Positions 23,818 to 37,618 of a stretch of DNA of 64,000 nt are shown here, one piece after another. The notes beneath the pieces are model-generated. The model ran no database searches and was not told where the DNA came from. It was given only the letters and a program-made list of their open reading frames with translations. The translations under genes and the position numbers were made by a program. This DNA is from Carcharhinus longimanus (taxonomy: Eukaryota): positions 54,835,460 to 54,899,459 of the forward strand of contig JASCQW010000162.1 of NCBI GenBank assembly GCA_030264375.1, written 5' to 3'. Position 1 is the stretch's first letter. Each line of letters begins with the position of its first letter.

Positions 23818-26700
23818 CTGGCTGGGATTCTCCATAAAAAATTTTAACTCTCAAATTCACGTAAAAACTGCAGTAAATCCCACTGACCTTTTTCATTGAG
23901 ATTTTCAAAATGAATTTCTCATATTGAGCACTGCAGAATGCACTAGCGTGAATCATGCTGAAAAGTGATGGGTGGATGTATTCCCATTGAAGAGGCTGAA
24001 ATCAGCGCACTGAGCTGGCCCTCGCACATGCGCTGATGGTGGGAGATCACTAAACAATTCCTCCCAGCATTCACATTGCTGGCCTCTCCCAACCGTCACT
24101 GACTCTGGACATCGTTGGCCTCCCCATCCCCGTTCACCCAGAGCGCTGGCATCACTGCTGCCTTTCACACAGAGCGCTGGGCTGCCACGCAATATTCCCC
24201 CTTGTTGAATGAGACCTTTGAGCATTCTCACCACACACACAAACACACCACCCACCTTCTCCTAAACATAGTACCTTGTGTTTGGTTGGAGATGGCTAAC
24301 CCTCTAGTGAAACCAGGTTGCCTGTATGTTATTCATCACAAAATTAAAACTAATGGGCCCATGAGTGGCCCAAGCTGACGTGCAGGGAGTCCAGATGCAA
24401 AGGCAGAGCTGTATATGGGCTGTAGGTATGGACACACAGGCAATCACACCAGGAAGGTGGCTAACAGGAGAAGTGTTCCCAGATTCCCCGAGGCTGAGCA
24501 GGCCTGCCTGCTGGATGCTGTGGAGGAGAACCGCCAGCTACTCAATCCCACTGAGGGCTCTTGTCAAAGTCACGCAGCCAATGCCATCTGGGAGGTTGCA
24601 GCTGTAAGTGCCAGGGCACTGGCACATCGTTCCAGGGACTAATGCCAGAAAAAGATGAACGACCTTCTTCAAGCATCAACGGCATGTGAGCATCCATTCT
24701 GAAACCAGTACACGTGCTGTGCTTACCGTGTGAAACTACCCCCAGACAGCACCAACTACCCCCACCCCAGCACTGCCTTCAACCCCTGTGGAACTCCCCA
24801 ATCAGTACTCCACTGTGGGGCGGCATTGTCCCGAAATGACCCACTCTCAACATACGTTGCCCCTCATGCCCTCCAATACATCATGCTTTCAATCCTCTTT
24901 ATGTCCCCACAGGAGAAAACTGCACATAACCACCAAGACGGGGGAGAAAATTGGTGGTGCAGTATCTGAGCTGTGCCTTGTCACAGGGTCTGAGCAGCGA
25001 ATCCTGTAGCTGGCAGGGGAAACGAAACAGAGAATGGTCACAGACAGCCAGGTCGGCATCTGCATGCAAGTGAGTTATTCCTAGGACCTTCTTTGAAGTA
25101 GGTACCAGGCCTTTTTTCCTTCCCTTCCACTAACATATGTCTTTTCTTAGAGGGCACAACCCCGTGCTCTGGGCCTTTTGGATGTCGCCATCTCCCCCCC
25201 ACCCCGCAAACCATTGCTCCTGCTGAGACCACCTCAGTCAACACCTCAGAGGGAAGCCCTGAGGTTGTGAATCAGCGCAAGCATCAACAACACAAACTAT
25301 CACGACAGTCCAGCATGTTAGCAGTGAGGCTTCTGGATCACTTATTGGTGAGCACATCACAGCTGCTGATGCACATCAGGTGGAGGTGGGAACATTCGAG
25401 GGCTTGGCATCGAGGGGAGCACAGCTACATCATCTTCTGGGGTATGGTGGGAGGGTGGTGGTAGCATCTGCCATACCACACTGCAGCATCTAGGTGAATC
25501 GTGCTACAATTAAAGCATCCCTTGCAACACTGCCTTGCCAAATCATCACCACCTGTCCTCCATCCTCCAGTTCCTCATACAGTTACTCCTCCACATTCTA
25601 CTAGTGTCAATTCTCCTCCTCCTTCAAACAGGTTGTCTCCCCGCTGCTGCGTGATATTGTGCAGAGTGCGGTGTGCAATGATGATGCAGGAGACCCACAC
25701 AGGGCTGTATTGAAGGGCATTCCAGAGCAGCACAGCCACCAAAACCGCATTTTTAGCAGGTCTATGCACAATAATGGACTCAGTGGCAGTGTGGGTCTCT
25801 GCCTCAGTTTCAGGCCTCCACACTGGTGTCATGACCTCAGCAGGTAGCCTTTGTCCCTCATGAGCCATCCTGGCAGCCTGGGCTGGCTCTCAAATAGCCC
25901 AGGGATGTCTGAGCGCCTCAGGACATCGATGTCAACAACACTCCCTGGGTGCCATGCGCACAACTGCAAAATGATCAGCCTGTGGTAACAAACAATCCGC
26001 AAGATTTAGTGAGTGGAAGCCCTTCCTGTTGATAAATGGTTGCCCTTCACCTTTCGGGGAACACAGGGCGATGTGCGTTCTATCCACAGCCCCCTGCACA
26101 TGGGGCATTCCAGTGATGGTGGCGAAGCCTGCAACTCTGGCTTCCTGCTGAACCTGGCCAACATCAAACTTGATGCATTGGCCTGCATGAACGTAAAAGG
26201 CATCTACAAACTAGCACGCACATCTGTGTGCAAAGGCCTGCAAAGTTCCAGATGTCGCCACTGCATACCTACAACGATCATGTGGCACAGAAGTTAAGGG
26301 CTGCCCTCCCCTTGACTTCCATTGGAAGCAGGTGCCCTCCCCTCCTCAGGTCCGCCAGAACATCTCACAAATGCTGCACCATCTCCTTGCGCTGGCTCTG
26401 CCAGCACAGGCACGTGGCCTCAGATAAGAATCTCCTTGTCCCGTAAGCCCTCCATCTCAGCATCCTCCTGCAGCCCCCCTTCCCCACTGTGGGAAATCAC
26501 AGTCTTACTTCCTGCCCTCCCTCTGCAGGTTCTGCCACAGGCTGGTCTTGCAATGGCCGTATGACTCTCTCCACCTCCTCCTTAGTAGCTGCCACCATGA
26601 CAGCTAGCTCTGGACCCATCAGTCTGAAATTTATCTACAAGGTGAGGGTTACAGAGAGAGAGAGAAAGAGAGAGAGATTGATACATATGTCTTTGCTTTT
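23818..26700. mobile_element. Degenerate PIF/Harbinger DNA transposon: Myb/SANT-like gene (+, about 24455-24670) converging on a DDE transposase (-, about 25630-26610)
   Basis: + strand reads PRFPEAEQACLLDAVEENRQLL...IWEVAAVS...CQKKMNDL (Myb/SANT-like). - strand fragments GMPHVQGAVDRTHIAL, FINRKGFHSLN, MTPVWRPETEAE and QYSPVWVSCIIIAHRTLHNI resemble HARBI1-family motifs. Many stops and frameshifts; the right end is truncated by a CR1 fragment. Confidence 0.85.
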
Positions 26701-27852
26701 AACTATCACAGCACAGAACTGCCTTACGAGAAAAGGTTGGACAGGTTAGGCTTGTAGTAGAATAAGAGGTAACTTGATTGAAACTTTAAAAGATCCTGAG
26801 GGGTAGTGACAGGGTGGATGTGAAGAAGATGTGATCTCTCATGGAGGATCTAGAACTGGGATCACTGATTAAAAATATAATTTAAGGCAAAAATGAGGAG
26901 AATTTTCTTTTCTCTGAGGGTTGCAAGTCTCTCTTCCACAAAAAGCAATGGAAGCAGAGTCTGAGAATATTTTTAAGGTGGAAGTAGATAAATCCTTAAT
27001 AAACAAGGAGTGAAAGATTATCGGGTGTTGACAAGAGGTTACAATCAGATCAGCCATAATCATACTGAATGGCACAGCATGCTTCAGAGGCCAAGTACCC
27101 GACTCCTGCTGCTAATTTGTATGTTTGTGCAAAACAGTGGACCGCTCAGCCCCTATGTTAGATCATGGTTAATCTGTACCTCAACACCATTTACCTGACT
27201 TTCCTTCATATTCCTTACCTAATGAAACAAAAATCAGTCAACCTCAGTTCAATCATTTCAACAGCCCCAGTTACATGGCACAGCCCCTTACTGTAAATGA
27301 AGTCTTGGCAGAATTGTTATACGTTTAATGACCTCTGCAAGCAACCATGCCTACTTTACATTTTTATTTTCCATACTTACTAGAAATTCATTTTTTCTTT
27401 GGTCAATCACATAATTTACACCCTGGATAAAACTCAACATGTAAGGTATACTTGCCTGGCCACTATCAATGCTCCCTTTCTAATTTCATTGTGTGCATCA
27501 TTTTGTGCATCTCTGAAGATTGGTAAACAAAATTAATGCAGCAGCAAATTTCTCAAGGCTCATAGAGGAATTGGACAATCTTATTTTATAAGGATATGAG
27601 CATTTTACGATGCTGCTAAAAGGTCACAGCTCCACCTTAAGGTCAGTTGATGTTTATATCTAGAATGCAACAGCTGTAATCTACATACAAACTATTATAA
27701 CTTATGCAAATCGTATGGATTCCCCATCAGAACATGAACCTGTAATTAAAATGCTGGGAAATCAGTTTGACAAACCACTGTAATGTATTAAATCTTCTAT
27801 GATTTTGTATTGAAGTGTAGGATATCATGTGAAACTTGATTCTTTCACTTAC

Positions 27853-27973
27853 CAGGGATCCTGACACTCCCTGATAGGAGGGGGATCTTTATTATTCAGA
27901 GGTATAAAATTAAAAAACTCTCTCAAGTTCAATAAGGCATCAACATCATTTTCAAAAGCCTTGTGTGCAACAC
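27853..27973 (-). CDS. PCCB: PCCB exon 8
   Basis: (G)[39 protein letters not shown]; AG/GT flanks; 121 nt. Confidence 0.96.
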
Positions 27974-28763
27974 CTGCAGCATAAACAGATTTAGTATTAC
28001 TAAAAATCCATGCTGGTGCTTCACAATAAAGAAATGATTGCTATTACTACTAAGACAAATTACAAATTTATTTATGTAGCACTGTATGTCATGGTTTGTG
28101 TAATACTTCATAAAGGTCATCAAGAAATTGTAGCAGAGGCAATAATGCCAGTTTTTTAAAAACCCATCACTGATCATTGTTCCTATTATTAATATCAATC
28201 CAACCAGTGATAAAATCAATGCTGCATCAATCCCATTGATCAAGAGTCTTTGGGAAGAACTATTTGTTAATATTGAGGCACATGAAGTTGATGTCCATTT
28301 TATGTACAGAAAGCTGTAATCAGCATGTGATGTTTAAGATAATAATGTGTCAGGTTAGTGTACTTTCTGACTCAGCTGGCAGCAATGTTAAGTACAAATA
28401 TTTATGATCATTTTTGAAATTTTCACACATCCAACAAAATATAACAAGAACAGGAATGGTCCTGGGTCCAATTGAAAACTGTCTTAAAATGGGGTCATAC
28501 CAGGAAAAGATTTGGGAAGCACTAGGGCATGGTGTTTGAGTCATACAAATCACAGTCTATACATTCTCCACTGAAATTAAAATCAGAATCTAAATGCAGC
28601 TGAAATAAGATCTGAACTTAAGAGGATGTGATAACACCAATGCCTGAGCAAAATAAATGGTAACCAGGAATTCAGTGCATTTAAAGTCCACTTCGGTTGA
28701 CAATTTAGGAGTACAGTATATGCTTTGTAAAAAGGTTTCCTCTGGAAATGAATGCCACCTCAC

Positions 28764-28872
28764 CTGAGACTGCAGTGTGTGTTTTAGCACCACCAAGATC
28801 TTCTTGAGTCACATCCTCATTTGTGACAGATTTCACCACATCAGGGCCAGTGATGAACAAATACGAGGTATC
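28764..28872 (-). CDS. PCCB: PCCB exon 7
   Basis: [36 protein letters not shown](G); AG/GT flanks; 109 nt. Confidence 0.97.
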
Positions 28873-30787
28873 CTGCAACATGAAAGAAAATCCCAAAACC
28901 AATCTAATTATTGTCAACTCTGATTTTAAAAAGGAAAATGCTGCATGAATATACTGACAGTTTTTAAAATAGAGACTAGGGGATAACAGCACTTTCCACC
29001 CATTCAGTATTATCACACGTCTTCCTTTGTTTAAAAAAAAGTGTAATTCTGGAAGATGGACTCAAAACTGTAAAATAAAAACGCAGCACCAACACACTGT
29101 CATTGCACCAGACCCAGGTTAACATTTATGTGCAAGTCAGCAACACAAGGAAAGTTTCATGTGTAAAAACAAAAAGTAGAAGAGCTTCAATAATGTGGGA
29201 CCTGGAAAAAAAAAAGCAGATCCTGCTTATTAAATCAAATATTAAGCCAATCCTCAAAAGTGGATAACAACTTACCCTGCATTTTCACAAAGCACTGCTG
29301 CTTCCTATATTTCCCTGACCTTAGATTCCTGCTATTTTGTACAGTAATTTGATTATGCAAAGGTAGTAAAATCAGTACTTTACCCAATAATGTTTAGTAT
29401 ACAAAAGCAGACACTTGCTTTCATTGCATGTTCCACAGCGTCTTGAAAATCCAAGGAGCTCATCATTTGTTGTGCGTAAGTAACCAATGTTGACAAACTG
29501 GCATTGCTCCAAAAGATACAAGGCCAAAGTGACTCATATGAAAGAGCTTCCAGTCATGCTAACTCAAATTCCAGCCACCCAGACACAGGAGGCAGAGGTC
29601 CTTTGACCCTTTGATCTTGCTCCATCATTCACCAAGATCATGGCTGCTCATCACCTCAATTCCACCTTCTTGCACAATTTGATTTCACTTGATTCCCTTC
29701 GTATTCAAGAGTCAATCAATTTTTATCTTGAATAAAGTGAACATCCACCATTCTCTACAATTGAGAATCCCAAAGATACACACTCAGCTCTGTCCTAAAT
29801 GGTTGACCACTTATGAAGACTCTAATCCCCAATCCTAGACCACCATGCCAGGGAAAACATTCTTCCACGATCCACAGGAGTTTGTTTCAATGAGATCACT
29901 TCTCAATCTTCTATAGTCTAGGAAATATTGGGCTGACTACTTGATCTCCTCCTATCCCAGGAATCAGTCAAGCGAACTCCTCATTGCATTCTCTCCAAGG
30001 CCCTTCCTTAGCTGAGGAGACCGAGCTGTAGTGTTCACAACATTTCTATATTCTTGCACAGACACTTCTTGATTCTTGTTCACAAATCCCTTTTCAAGGG
30101 AGGTTAATATATTACTCACTTCCCTAATTGCTTGCTGTGCCTGGATGTTAATTTTCTGCGATTCATGTACAAGAACATGGAAATCGCTCTGAATATCAAA
30201 TTTCCCAGTCTCTCACATTCTCCATATTGTTCTGCTTCTCTTTTTTTCCTTCCAAACTGTATAACTTCACAGCTCGATTTTTTTTCATAAATCCATAATC
30301 ACGTTGCTAATACTGAATTCTTGCACTTTCCCTACAATTAACGTCAGTTCAAACAACTTAGCCATCCTAGCAGAAGACTATGAAATTGTGGGATAATTCA
30401 TTTCAAAAAAGAAAAACTTACAAATCTTCACATAATTTCTTGCTCTAAAGCACATTTGCTTCAACCATCCTTTTAAATCATTTAGCATGTTGAGTGCGCA
30501 AATGAGCCAGAATAGTTTACAGGAAAATAAAGTCAGTGTCCGCTCCAGATTTCATAATTTCCCTTCAGACCCCTGAGTTGTATGGCCCGTACCATTATGT
30601 GGTGAACTGTTGTGCATAATACAGCACAGAAAATAAATCTGTTTCACAATTCCCAACAACTTTTGCTAATCATCTTGGTATGCCAAGAAAAAAATTGCAT
30701 CTAAAAGTATTTGATATGGTGTCCTGGCTACTAAAAGGTGCAGAAAACAGCAAATTGTTAGTTGAATCATGAACCAATGTACATTAC

Positions 30788-30898
30788 CTTCACCATAAAT
30801 GTAAAGTCTGTTAAAGCAGGTGAGTAGACAGCACCACCAGCACAGGGACCCATTATAAGGGATATCTGAGGAATGACTCCAGAGGACAGGACATTTCT
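30788..30898 (-). CDS. PCCB: PCCB exon 6
   Basis: [37 protein letters not shown]; AG/GT flanks; 111 nt. Confidence 0.97.
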
Positions 30899-33587
30899 CT
30901 GTAAGATATTAAGAACACTTTACTATTGTGTTGATGAACTTGTCCAAAAATAAGCCACACCATCTATTATGTTGGAAGACAAATTAAGCACAACCCAAAC
31001 AACAACCTTTACACTTCTGGAAAGATTATTTCATTACAGTAGTTGATAAAATCAGTTTTATCTATCCATAAACTGAACTATGTTAAGTGCACCACCCAAA
31101 ATGTAGCTATCATTTCTGTAATTTTTATGTATTTAAAAATTGGTTGCATATTCTGAAGTGCATTTTATTTAATAAATTGCATGACAAAATCAAAGTATAT
31201 TAATTTCATAAACATAGCTACAACAAGGTGAGGAAGATGAAATAACTCCCCTATTCTTCTGGTGCTTATTTGACTTCAAGACAGTTTGTCTTTTAAGAAT
31301 TGAGAGAGGATGTGCTTTGCCAATTTTGCAAATGTCCTGCTATTTACATGTTGAGGCTGCAGAGCATTACTCAGACAGGTTTTCTTAGGTTAAACAAAGA
31401 ACAAGCTAAGTTTATTGAAACGATTTCCAAGTTTAGAGAGAAACGTGAGACCATTCACATGGTCACATATATTTGTTTGTGGACCAAGGTGAACAAGTGC
31501 AGATGCTGTGTAGGAAAATAGGCTTATAAGGATTTTACAATCCATTGAAAGAAAAATATGAAGAACATATTAGCTTGATTGATCTTGGCGCATTGATTTT
31601 GACAATGGGGAAGTTTATCTCAGCTATTTTCCTGGATGCAATCACATGGAACAGATTTCTACATTTGGAAAAAAATCATGGTTCGCAGTAATTTTCTTCT
31701 CAAAATGGTCACTTTACAAACTGGGTAGAGAGAGAGTAGGCACACAGCTCTAACAGTCAATTCCAGTACTGCATTGTTCTTTTTCATTTCTTCTCTCCTG
31801 CTTGACATGAATTCCCTTGAAATACTTTGCTGGTTGTACATTCCAGAGAGGCTTGATCAGTTCATGTCTGCAGCAGTTCTTGTTTCAGAACAGGTAACGG
31901 AATTTTAATGTCTCTTCTCAGAAACATTTGTGGATTCTCAGTGTATCAAAAGATGCTTCCCAGGGGTTGACTGTCAATTTCCTTTCAAACTTTGTGGAAT
32001 GCGAAATTGGGTTTTATAGCAAGTCAGCCTGTCTGGGCTGCTTCTTCAAAAAAAGCACAATTGTCAATATATAGGATTCCATTTTAAAATCAAGGAAAAA
32101 TCATATCTTCAAAAAGCACAACATCGTCAAGACAACACCAAAGTCAAGAAAGCATGGTGTAGGTCAAAACTCATTAAAACCAAAATGCAGTCAAAATATT
32201 ATTCCTGATGGCTGGTTTGCCAAGCTCAACTTGGCAGAGGGAAAGAGAACAGTTGCAAAGAAAATTCCTTCCTACAAAAGCCAACCATACAGCAGCACTG
32301 ACAACGCCTCCAAAACACCCCTACACATTTTGCTTTTTTGGGACACAGAATTTATTTATGAATATTTCATTCATTTTTGAAAGTGGTATGTAAGCATCAG
32401 GCATTGTTTAAGGAAAACCGTCCTGAAATGCTCTACACTTCTCACCTGGAACACAAAAGTGAACAAGTTGCAATGGTTGTTTTTCCATTCGCTAATGGAA
32501 TACGGGTATCGCTGGCAAGAGCAGAATTTATTGCCCATCCCTAATTGCCCTTCAGAAGATAATGGTGAGCTGCCTTCTTGAGTCACTGCAGTTTTTGTTA
32601 GGTCATGACCAGAGGTTCTGCATTCAATTTGCAAAATTTCCCAACCAATTAATTATAAAATCACTTGAAGCTTTGTTTATTTAACAATCGTACCAAAATG
32701 GACATTACCAGCAGAATACATTGTATTACATTATGTAAAATTGCTTAGCAACCAATGCCATCGGACATTCACTGCTATGTGTTAAATTTCACATCCCAAA
32801 ATAATTCTGTCCTGGTAGCAGAGTATATTTCATTACAGCATTCACAGTAAGATTCTGAAAACATGATAAATGCAAAGTGGTAACACTTCCACATCAAAAT
32901 TCACAACATGGCCATGGCAGTACACAATTATATTACTGGACTGGTAACCTAGAGCCTGAACCAATAATCTGGAGATCAAGTTCAAATCTGACTACAATAG
33001 TAAAGAATTTAAATTCAGTTAAACAAATAAATCTTGAATAAAAAGCCAGCACTAGTAGCAGTGATGATTAAACTACTAGATTGTTGCAAACACTCAACCA
33101 GTTAACTGATGTCCTTTAAGGAAAATAACCTATCGCCCTTACCCAGTTTGGTCTATTTGTTGTTTGTGATTTCAGATTCTCAGCAATGTGCCTATCTCTT
33201 AACTGCTCTTTGAAATAACCAAGAAGGCCACCAATAATATGGGCCTTGTTAACTATAACCACATCCCATGACCACATAATAAATTTAAAAAACACAACAA
33301 ATATTTCCTCCTGTATTTAGTAGGTTTTAGGCCAAGCCAGAGTAGATTTGGAGGAACAAAAGCCAAGTGTTACCCAGGCCACTCGAAAGAGTAGTTGCAG
33401 AGCAGTGTTAGCAGACACCTGCAAATACATCACCTAATATACTTCAAAAGACTTTGAAGTGAGCAACATCGTTTAAAAATGCCCACCATAACCTTCTCAA
33501 GGGAGAATAAGGATGGACAATAAATAAGTCTTGCCAGTATACCAATATCCTGTGAATAAAATATTTTAAAGTACAAGCTCTCCACAA

Positions 33588-33883
33588 CTTGGTCCATAAT
33601 CTAGACAGAGACACAAATGACATTATCAATGCATTTAAAATGGGAAGCCAAAAATGTCCCCACCCTCTTGTGCTCGCTTATTATGCCACAGCAAAATATT
33701 TAGTAATTAAATGCAAATATATCAGTGGTTCCCTTTCTCTACTTGTTTCTTGGGATGACTTAACCTCATCAAGTCTTTTAAAAGCAACGTACAGAAATAT
33801 GCAACAGGTATATTAAACAAGTGGACATCGGCTCTCAACAAATGGTGGTTGGGAATGTTAGGAAAATAAAAGTAAATTTGAGG
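33588..33883 (-). repeat. Direct duplication of the PCCB intron 4 3' end plus the first 13 nt of exon 5
   Basis: Aligns with 34278-34565; the first 55 nt are identical. Confidence 0.92.
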
Positions 33884-34116
33884 CAGTGAAAATAAATAAT
33901 TAGCTCCAAACAGAAGATACTATGACAATGAATTTCATATTTACAAATAATAAATCTGTCATCATTTACAAATGATGCATCATGTAAACAAAACCTGCAT
34001 GCAAATGCCTTCTACTGTACACTTAATATTGTTCAAAGTGTACTTTTAAAGGTGGAATAAAAACATAATAAATACAAATTCCTATTTCATCTCCCTCCCA
34101 CTCAAAATAAAATCTA

Positions 34117-34290
<174 letters not shown>

Positions 34291-34904
34291 CTAGACAGAG
34301 ACACAAATGACATTATCAATGCATTTAAAATGTCCAAAAATGTCCCCACCCCCTTGTACTCGCTTGTTATACCACAGCAAAATATGTAGTAATTAGGTAC
34401 AAATATATCAGTGGTTCACTTTCCCTACATGTTACTTGGGCTGACTTAACCTCATCAAGCCTGGTAAACGCGACGTATAGAAATATGCAACAGGTATATT
34501 AAGCAAGTGGATATCGGCTCTCAAATGGTGGTTGGGAATGTTAGGAAAATAAAGATAATTTTGAGGGATTTGTATTGATAAAACTATACCTTATTTATAA
34601 AGTTTAAGTGGGTTTAATTTAATGTTTCTGTGAAAGAAAGGGCAAAACCTATAGTTAGGTTCATGCTGGACAAAGGTATCATGTGTGGGGGTTGATTCAG
34701 TTCCAACTGTGTTTCTATACTGCTTAGAGGGGACTACAGCGTGAAGAGTAAATGAGCCAGCAGAAGTATGTAGGTGTTGCTTAGCAACTGGAAGCTCTTT
34801 TAAGGTAGAAAGGTTTTTGTTCCTAGTGTAGCTGAATTTATAGGCAATTGAAGACAGGGCATCAGGGAATGAACATCTCTCAATTCTGTTGACTACACGA
34901 CTTT

Positions 34905-35150
34905 GTGGGTGGCACGGTGGTTCGCACTGCTGCCTCACAGCACCAGAGATGGGTTTAATTTTGGCCTTTGGAGTTTGCACATTCTCACCATGTCTTGTGT
35001 GGATTTCCTCTGTGGGTGCTCCAGTTTCCTCCCACACTCCAAGTATGCATAGTTTAGGTTGATTGGCTATGGTAAATTGTCCCTTAGGGGGATTAGCAGG
35101 GTCAATACATTGGGTTACAGGGATATATAGGGCCTGAGTGGGATTGTTAG
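34905..35150 (+). mobile_element. tRNA-derived shark SINE (HE1-like)
   Basis: GGGTGGCACGGTGGTTCGCACTGCTGCCTCACAGCACCAG...GGAGTTTGCACATTCTC...TTTCCTCCCACACTCCAA. Confidence 0.8.
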
Positions 35151-35573
35151 AGCTTGAAAACTCTCTCAATCATCTGGGGGATTCTGAGGAGAAAGTCACA
35201 GATATTAACTTGAATTCCGAATGGAACGTACACATTTGGCCACAGTTAATGTGTGTGTTTAAAGAGACTTGTGATGCTGAGACCATTGTTGCTTAAGATG
35301 ATCATTGTAATCGATGTGAATCTTAAAAATCTACGTGTATTTGTTACGCCAAAGAAGAATCATATATAAAAACATATTTTATCACTTTTTCCTGTGTGGC
35401 CCTGCGACGCTATTTCTCCGTGTTTTATAAACAAAGAAGTAAAAGTGAGAGTCTTTTGAGCCAGGGTTCTATTCTGGGATCTTCGCATACAGTTGTAACG
35501 TCAGTTGGAATTGTAATTGGAAGGAGGAAGAATTGCAAGTAGAACAGCAAAAGAATGAGGCCTAACAGATCAT

Positions 35574-37618
35574 GGGGGTGATTCTCCCAGCCTGCTGCAC
35601 TGTTCAGGTAGGGACCTTTACCAGGCTTCCCACTGAGCGTTATGGCCTCCACACTAGGACCAAGATTTTTCGCGTAATTAGCTCCACACCAGAAATCAGT
35701 GCAGAGTTGATTATCATGTTGAAATCACTATTTCAACATTAGTGAGCCTGTGACTCAATTTTCTGGGCCAGCTAGCTTTTCCCCACCCCTGCCAGGAGTG
35801 GGTCCCTCCAGCAAGATTTAGTCCTGCTCCCCACTAACGGGGAACAGGCAGCCTGACCTTACTGGAGGAAAGAGAGGCCACTGAGGCCCCCTCCACACCC
35901 CAGAAGGTCAGGGGTAAGGGGATGTGTCCCTTGGGCAGTGCCAGCCTAGCACTCTGGCACTGCCCACTGGACATCAGGCAGTGCCAAGGTGAGGCATACT
36001 GCTGCCACTTTGCACTTGTAGCGTTGGGAAAGGACAGAGGAGAAGAGGGCAATCAGGGCTGGCCATCCTGGGTGGTGGTGGTGGAGTATTAGGAAGGCCA
36101 GCAATGCAGGGTCACCGCACATGCACTGATCTCCACACTGACAAATCGGCACATGTGCAGGGGCCCACTCTGCGCTACGCTGCCAGTCTCTTGGGCGGAG
36201 TAAGCTCCACCCACAGATTTCCAGAGTGAATCCCGCTGAGGTACTCTGATGCAGAGTGTCGGAGATTCATTCTGGAAATTACACAAACAAAAGCATGATT
36301 TAACCCATTTTCCCACTTTTTAAAGAATTAATTCATGGGACACGGGCGTCGCTGGCCGGCCAGCATTTATTGCCCATCCCTAGTTGTCCTTGAGAAGGTG
36401 GTGAGCTGCCTTCTTGAATCGCTGCTGTCCATGTACTGTGGATTGACCCATAATGCCATTAGGGAGGAAATTCCAGGATTTTGACCCAGTGACTGCAAAG
36501 GAACGGCGATATATTTCCAAGTAAGGATGGTAACTGGCTTGAAGGGGAACTTGCAGGTAGTGGTGTTCCCATTTATCTGTTGCCCTTGTCCTTCTAGATG
36601 TAAATGGTCATAGGTTTGGAAGGTGCTGTCTAAGGATTTTTGGTGAATTGCTGAAGTGCATCTTGTAGATAATACACACTACTGCTACTGAGCATTGGTA
36701 GTAGAAGGATTGAATGTTTTTAGATGCGATGCCAATCAAGTGGACTGCTTTGTCCTGGAAAGTATCAAGCTTCTTCAGTGTTGTTGGAGCTGCACCCATC
36801 CAGGCAAGTAGGGAGTATTCCATCACACTCTTGACTTGTGCCTTGTAGATGGTGGCTAGGCTTTGGGGAGTCAGGAGTTGAGTTACTTGCCACAGTATTC
36901 CTCGCCTCTGGCCTGCTCTTGTCGCCACTTTGTTTATGTGGCGAGTCCAGTTGAGTTTCTGGTCAATGGTAACCACAAGGATGTTGACAGTGGGGGATTC
37001 AGTGATGGTTACACCACTGAATGTCAAGGGATGGTGGTTACAGTGTGTCTTATTGGTGATGGTCATTGCTTGGCATTTGTGTGACGCGAATGTTCCTTGC
37101 CACTTGTCAGCCCAAGCCTGGATATTGTCCAGATCTTGTTGCATTTGAACAGGGATTGCTTCAGTATTTGAGTCGCCACGAATTGTGCTGAACATTGTGC
37201 AGTCATCGGCGAACATCCCCACTTCTGACCTTGACGGAGGGAAGATCTTTGATGAAGCAGCTGAAGATTGTTGGGCTTAGTACACTACTCTAAGGGATTC
37301 CTGCAGTGATGTCCTAGAGCGGAGATGACTGACCCTCCACAACCACAACCATCTTCCCATGTGCCACGTATGACTCCAACCAGCAGAGAGTTTGCCCCCG
37401 ATACCCATAGGGTTCCTTGATGCCACACTCGATCAAATGCGGCCTTGATATCAACGGCTGTCACTCTCTGTCACACCTCTGGAATTCAGCTCTTTTGTCC
37501 ATGTTTGAACCAAGGCTGTGAAGTCAGGAGCTGAGTGACGCTGGGAAAATCCAAACTAGGCATCACTGAACAGGTTATTGTGGGAACTCAGAATTTTTTT
37601 TTTGGGAGAATCCTGGAC
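35574..37618. mobile_element. Non-autonomous Harbinger-like element split by a LINE insertion
   Basis: Imperfect terminal inverted repeats GGGGGTGATTCTCCCA / TGGGAGAATCCTGGACC; the reverse complement of the right end resembles the terminus at 23818. Confidence 0.6.
36320..37580 (-). mobile_element. 5'-truncated L2/CR1-clade LINE (reverse transcriptase C-terminal half and 3' tail)
   Basis: ORF 36608-37222 reads MFADDCT...QQDLDNIQAWADKWQ...IDQKLNWTRHI; tail (RC) GGGCAATAAATGCTGGCC. Confidence 0.9.

Noticed and set aside
33570-33587. VESL peptide following the duplicated exon 5 start, resembling the exon 5 motif GIESL
   Set aside because: Nucleotide similarity to exon 5 is poor and four residues can match by chance
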